DNA of 64,000 nt from Squalus acanthias (taxonomy: Eukaryota). Of the stretch, positions 60,534 to 64,000 are shown in pieces. How positions within the stretch are numbered: position 1 is the stretch's first letter; each line of letters begins with the position of its first letter. The notes below the pieces were generated by a model, which was not told the DNA's origin, did not search any database, and saw nothing but the letters and a program-made list of their open reading frames with translations. A program made the translations under genes and the position numbers. Location of the stretch: positions 62,001 to 126,000 of the forward strand of contig JASTWF010000499.1 of the NCBI GenBank assembly GCA_030390025.1, in the 5' to 3' direction.

Positions 60534-61256
60534 GGTGCGGGTGTCATTGTGTCTCTCCAGGTTGTACGATCAGTTGAAGCCTCGTCCACACACAGAACAC
60601 GTGTACAGTTTGTCCTTGCTGTGAACGGTGCAATGTTTTTTCAGGCTGTGTAACTGGTTAAAGCTCTTTCCACAGTCAGTGCACTGGAACACTCTCACTC
60701 GGGTGTGTGTGTCTCGGTGCTTTTCCAGTCACACTGATGTTTGAAATCTTTTCCCACAGACAGAACAGGCAAACATTTCTCCTTACACATTCAAAGGTCG
60801 ATGATATTCAGGTCCTGATGAATGGAGTGACTCTGTCAGATCTTGTTGTGATGTTTGGTTTGAGTTTCCTGTCTGTAAATCCTCCCCTTCTAATACCCTG
60901 TAAAAGGAGTTTACAAAAGTCATCACTGTAAGTACAGGATAGAAATTGAGAACAGACAATTCTAGTTTCTATGGAACATTCTTTCCTCTCTTGTTCCCCC
61001 AAAGCTGTAAATCCCCGTCCCACACACTCCCTCCACCCTGTGCTGAAATCCAAACCCATCGCACCATCTTCAACATTTCTTTCCTCCACTCCCAGTTTTC
61101 TCCCTCCCTCTACTGTGGTTGGGTTCAGTTCCACACCCGCTGTGTGCAGAGTGAGAATAAAATCAATGAGTCAATGATTTTCTCTCCTGGTCACTGGGAC
61201 CCTGAAGCCCCGCCCACTCTTTGTTCCTGTACCAAAATGGCCGTACATGCGCGTAT

Positions 61257-61725
61257 GGGGTCGGTAGCATGGTGGTAATGTCACTGGACTAGTAATCCAG
61301 AGGCCTGGACTAATGATCCAGAGACGTGAGTTCAAATCCCACCACGGCAGCTGGGGAATTTAAATTCAGTTAATTCAATTGATCTGGAACAAAAAGCTAA
61401 TATCAGTAATGGTGACCATCAAACTATCGGATTGTAATATAAACTCATCTGGTTCACTAATGTCCTTTAGGGAAGGAAATCTGCTGTCCTTTCCCCGTCT
61501 GGCTTATTGGTGACTCCAGAGCCACAGCAATGTGGTTGACTCTTAACTGCCCTCTGAAATGGCCCAGCGAGTCACTCAGTTGTCACAAACCGCTACAACC
61601 TTCACCACACGGACTGCAGCGGTTCAAGAAGGCGGCTCACCACCACCTTCTCCACGGCAACTAGGGATGGGCAATAAATGCCAGCCTTGCCAGCGACGCC
61701 CACATCCCAGAAACAAATAAAAAAA
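61257..61725 (+). mobile_element. tRNA-derived SINE sharing head and tail with the 43532/47326 LINE family
   Basis: A box ~61265, B box 61328-61339; tail matches 48163-48290. Confidence 0.85.
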
Positions 61726-62480
61726 TCCCGCCCTGCCCAAGATGGCGGCCAGTGACACCACTGACCCGGGCGGCCGGGCCTGTCACCGCGGGGCGAACAC
61801 GGGGCCTGAGGCCTACACCAGGTGTTTATGGAGCTTCCCAGCCCACCCGCGGGTCCAATTCCACCTTCCGTCCCCGGGAGAAAGCCTCAAAGCCGCCGCC
61901 CCGCAGCTGGATGAACCCCGGCCCCGGGGGCTGTTATTCGGGTCTAAGGCCGCAGCCCCTTTATTATAATGATGTGGAGATGCCGGCGTTGGACTGGGGT
62001 GGACAAAAATGAGAAGTCGCACAACACCAGGTTATAGTCCAACAGATTTATTTAATTTTACAAGCTTTCGGAGCAGTTCGCTCCTTCGTCAGGTAAGTTT
62101 AGCAGTGAGAGAATCTCCCAGAATTCACAATTTAAACACAGACAAAATATATTCAAATCTTTCCCTACATCATTTATTATAAAGCCGGCCTTGTGTTTTA
62201 TTCTCCCACCGCGCCCGCATCTTCCTCCAGGCGGTCCAGGAACCCGGCTCTACTGCGCCTGCGCACTGGGGCCCCGTCACTCAGATAGGGCGTATTCCCA
62301 ACCGCGCGGCATTCTGGGTACGCACTGCCGCCATTGAGAATGTGAAGCAATTCCTGATAATTGATTCTTTATTACGCTTCAGCGGCCTGTCCTCTAAATA
62401 ATACTCTGTGTCTTGGGTGAATGGAGCGGTTGAGGAACAGAAGAGGCGCATTTGGACCAGGAAGTGAGGCGAGGAAAACA
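61726..62480. promoter_or_regulatory. CpG-island promoter (ZNF-cluster type)
   Basis: YY1 CAAGATGGCGGC 61738-61749 and GCCGCCATT ~62327; NRF1 TGCGCCTGCGCA ~62253; ETS CAGGAAGTG ~62458. Confidence 0.7.
61970..62172 (-). mobile_element. Solo PLE terminal unit with hammerhead (62058-62096), flanked by a 10-bp TSD
   Basis: TTTATTATAA at 61960-61969 and 62173-62182; internal sequence matches 10085-10250. Confidence 0.85.
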
Positions 62481-62802
62481 TTTTTTTTATTCTTTCATGG
62501 GATGTGGGCGTCACTGGCAAGGCCAGCATTTATTGCCCATCCCTAATTGCCCTTGAGAAGGTGGTGGTGAGCCGCCTTCTTGAACCGCTGCAGTCCGTGT
62601 GGTGAAGGTCCTCCCACAATGCTGTTCGGGAGGGAGTTCCAGGATTTTGACCCAGCAACAATGAAGGAACAGCGATATACTTCCAAGTCAGGATGGTGTG
62701 TGACTTGATGGGGATGGTGTTCCCATGCACCTGCTGCCCTTGTCCTTCTAGGTGGAAGAGGTCGCGGGTTTGGGAGGTGCTGCTGAAGAAGCCTTGGTGA
62801 GT
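62481..62802 (-). mobile_element. LINE 3' end (same family as 47326-48290)
   Basis: SKSWNSLPNSIVG...RFKKAAHHHLLKGN; poly-T. Confidence 0.85.
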
Positions 62803-63204
62803 TATATATTAAAAAATAACCTGGCCTTTGACCTCTGCACCACGATGACATCACAATCACTATTGCGAGCGGGCACTTTAGGGATCAGTGATAGACGTGA
62901 GGACTGTGGTTAGGGTGATACAGTCAGGGGTTGGGGTTAGGGATTACGTTAATGATTCGGGTTAGGATCTTACGGTTAGGCTACCAAGGCTAGGAGAGGC
63001 ACTCTGGAAGACATGGGGAACTGGGACTTGTCCATGAGGGTAACCAAATTTATGAGAACTTAAAAATTCTAGAGTAAGACAGGAGAAAAGGCCCAAAAAT
63101 GGAATAATCGGTAGTAGGAAATCCATTAGTCTCCTCTTATCATGGAAAACCCAAGGAATTGACACACTGTTTAAAACAAAGCTGATTTATTTGGCATATA
63201 TCCA

Positions 63205-63400
63205 GAATCAACATCACTAAAACAGATTATCTGTCCATTATCACATTGCTGTTTGTGGGAGCTTGCTGTGTCCAAATTGGCTGCCGCATTTCCTGCATTA
63301 CAACAGTGATTACACTTCAAAAAAAAAAGTATTTAATTGGCTGTAAAGCGCTTTGGGACGTTCGGTGGTCGTGAAAGGCGCTATATAAATGTAAGTCTTT
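63205..63400 (+). mobile_element. DeuSINE-like 3' fragment
   Basis: AAAGCGCTTTGGGACG...AAAGGCGCTATATAAATGTAAGT. Confidence 0.7.
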
Positions 63401-63464
63401 TCTTTTAATATTAAATTCCACCCCAGTTAGAAGGGTTATTAACACCAGCAGAGTGAACATGGTT

Positions 63465-64000
63465 CAGTCCTGGATGTGATTAACAGCAGCAAAAACAGCA
63501 GAATCCAACCTCTGCTGTCGCACGTGAACTCGCTGGTGTGCCAGCAGGTTGGATGACTGGGAGAATTCCTTCACACACATGGAGCAGATGAATGGCCTCC
63601 CCCTCGTGTGAACACACTGGTGTGCCATAAGGTTGGATGAGCGCCTGAACCTCTTCCCGCAGTGAGAGCAACTAAATGGTCTCTCATCAGTGTGAACTCG
63701 CTGGTGTTTAATCAGTCCCGCTGAGCTTTTAAATCTGTTCCCACATTCAGAGCATTAAAATGGTCTGTCATCAGTGTGAACTCGCTGGTGTTTAATCAGT
63801 CCCTCTGAGCTTTTAAATCTGTTCCCACATTCAGAGCATTAAAATGGTCTCTCATCAGTGTGAACTCGCTGGTGTTTAATCAGACTCACAGAGCGTTTAA
63901 AGCTTTTCCCGCAGACCAAGCATTTCAAAGGTCTCTCCCCAGTGTGAACTCGCTGGTGTCTCACCAGCTCTGCCGAGCGTTTAAAGCTGTTCCCACATTC
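63465..64000 (-). pseudogene. 3' part of a C2H2 zinc-finger gene with two in-frame TAA stops (runs off the window end)
   Basis: Fingers with [10 protein letters not shown] linkers; PF*CSEC at 63841-63839 and 63757-63755. Confidence 0.8.

Noticed and set aside
61257-61345. tRNA gene (also 1-83 and 43532-43610)
   Set aside because: A/B boxes belong to SINE or LINE heads; no complete cloverleaf is evident
62925-62970. GGGGTTGGGGTTAGGG telomere-like run
   Set aside because: Too short and degenerate for an interstitial telomeric array

Overview
Repeat-rich vertebrate DNA, almost certainly from a cartilaginous fish (HE1-like SINE, shark-type CR1, L2 and Penelope elements, a 67-bp satellite). Bases 4.4-9.8 kb hold four T-cell receptor alpha/delta-type V gene segments, each with a leader exon, V exon and 23-type RSS. 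They are arranged divergently. Two lie on the minus strand (one with an in-frame stop, one lacking the conserved Trp) and two intact ones lie on the plus strand. No D, J or C segments were found. From 11 to 41 kb there is a ~9-kb unit duplicated in tandem plus a partial inverted copy, delimited by arrays of a 27-bp minisatellite. From 41 to 57 kb there is a nest of LINEs with a CpG-island promoter. From 59 to 64 kb there is a C2H2 zinc-finger gene cluster. The window probably spans the edge of a TCR alpha/delta V region (or an orphon V cluster) running into a ZNF cluster. Main observations: CTCF motifs just beyond two V RSSs; a non-canonical V; minimal hammerhead ribozymes in Penelope ends, including a solo 203-bp TSD-flanked unit; a LINE carrying a tRNA-derived Pol III head together with its SINE derivative; a T-cell-like enhancer motif cluster; and ZNF genes sharing in-frame TGAs and a possible ACG start. 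All calls were made by eye, and repeat boundaries are approximate.
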